Part shown: positions 62,917 to 64,000 of the stretch, one piece after another | How positions within the stretch are numbered: the stretch's first letter is position 1 | How the letters are laid out: each line of letters opens with the position of its first letter | Assembly (NCBI RefSeq): GCF_030684315.1 | Contig: NC_081383.1 | Coordinates: forward strand, 16,103,942 to 16,167,941 | Direction: 5' to 3' | DNA from: Stegostoma tigrinum | Lineage: Eukaryota | Length of the DNA stretch: 64,000 bases | Translations under genes and position numbers: made by a program | Notes under the pieces: generated by a model | Told to the model about the DNA's origin: nothing | Database searches by the model: none | What the model saw: only the letters and a program-made list of their open reading frames with translations

Positions 62917-64000
62917 CTTGTAGAGGGAGGTACTGTATCTCAATTGTGGATATTGTACCTGGCTGATGTGCATTGTATCTTTCTATATGCTAGCCCACAT
63001 TACATATGTCACAGAGAGCCATGTTCTTATTGAGTCAGATATCTGGAAGTTTATTAACTACTAATTATGATCATAAGACTTCTCAGTCTTGCACATAAAG
63101 TCTGGTTTATATACCTACTAAGATTACTGTTTTATTACATACTAAATTTATAGGGAGTAAGATGGAAGCCTCTTACATGAGAGTGTCATGTATTACAATC
63201 TCATCAAGCTAATATAAAGGGATAAGTCCTTTGTCAGATTTGTTAATAATACAACACTCACCACCATCAAAAATGAGATCTAAGCTACAGAGGTAATAAA
63301 GTCAGTGAAGAATCTAACACTATCCCAAGGTCTTACAATTCTTCTTTTTTTGCAGAACATATGTGACCAGTACTCGTTGAACCAACTGCACAGTTTATTA
63401 TTGAGTTCGTAACTAAGATAATGACTGTACCAGGTTATATGAATCTTAGTCCTGCTGTGGCAGATGTGACTTTAAACTTTGCTAATGGGGAGTTGATTTA
63501 ATGAAATGGCACTGGGAAATACTATTCATTTTATTAAATACATAAAAATTACAATTAACTCACTGAAGCTCAATCCTCTTCTCAAATCAATAAGCCAGAA
63601 ACTTTAAATAAGTATATTATGAAAATCCTGCCAATCTCGTTTATATATGAAGGCTGATTTTCATTTGGAATTAAAATCAGGTTGCAATCCCTGGTGCAAA
63701 TACACTAATCCCTTCTAGGTACCTGAACACTTACGATTCCATTTATTTCTCCGGAGGGAACCCAAGAAAATTCCTTTCTCAAAAGTACCAGTTGGCAGCC
63801 CCAGTGCTTGCATGCCATGAGACATGCTGTGACTTGTAGACTGAAGCTCTTTAAACCCATCGCATGCCAAGAAAACAGAAGGCCTCTGTATCTTTGAACA
63901 GGGTCAGCAGCTCACCCACACACTCAGTACACAAATCTTATGTCTGGAAAAGCCTTGACCTTGGCATAACTCCTGCATTATTTCATTCACAAATTTTAAG

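Noticed and set aside
11000-64000. Most remaining 60-130 aa ORFs in the track
   Set aside because: Length and composition expected by chance in AT-rich DNA or derived from SINE/LINE fragments; no domain motifs recognised.

Overview
AT-rich, repeat-dense vertebrate DNA, inferred to be from a cartilaginous fish (shark) because it carries HE1/V-SINE-like and Deu-type SINEs plus CR1/HER1, Rex1/Babar and Penelope-like elements. No host protein-coding gene could be identified with confidence; a few isolated splice-flanked candidate exons suggest large-intron or intergenic DNA. The first 10 kb is a nest of insertions. A decayed Gmr1-type Ty3/Gypsy pol (integrase upstream of RT) is split by a Rex-tailed non-autonomous element and by a Penelope/Poseidon element (14-bp TSD, inverted terminal arm). 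That Penelope element in turn contains a near full-length 5.3-kb Tx1-clade L1 element. At 48-52 kb a CR1 LINE is split by a Neptune-type Penelope element (12-bp TSD). The most striking recurring signal is about 10 minimal hammerhead-ribozyme motifs in Penelope terminal repeats, several in short non-coding fold-back insertions with their own TSDs. Boundaries of old repeats are approximate, and family names come from motif recognition by eye, not database searches.
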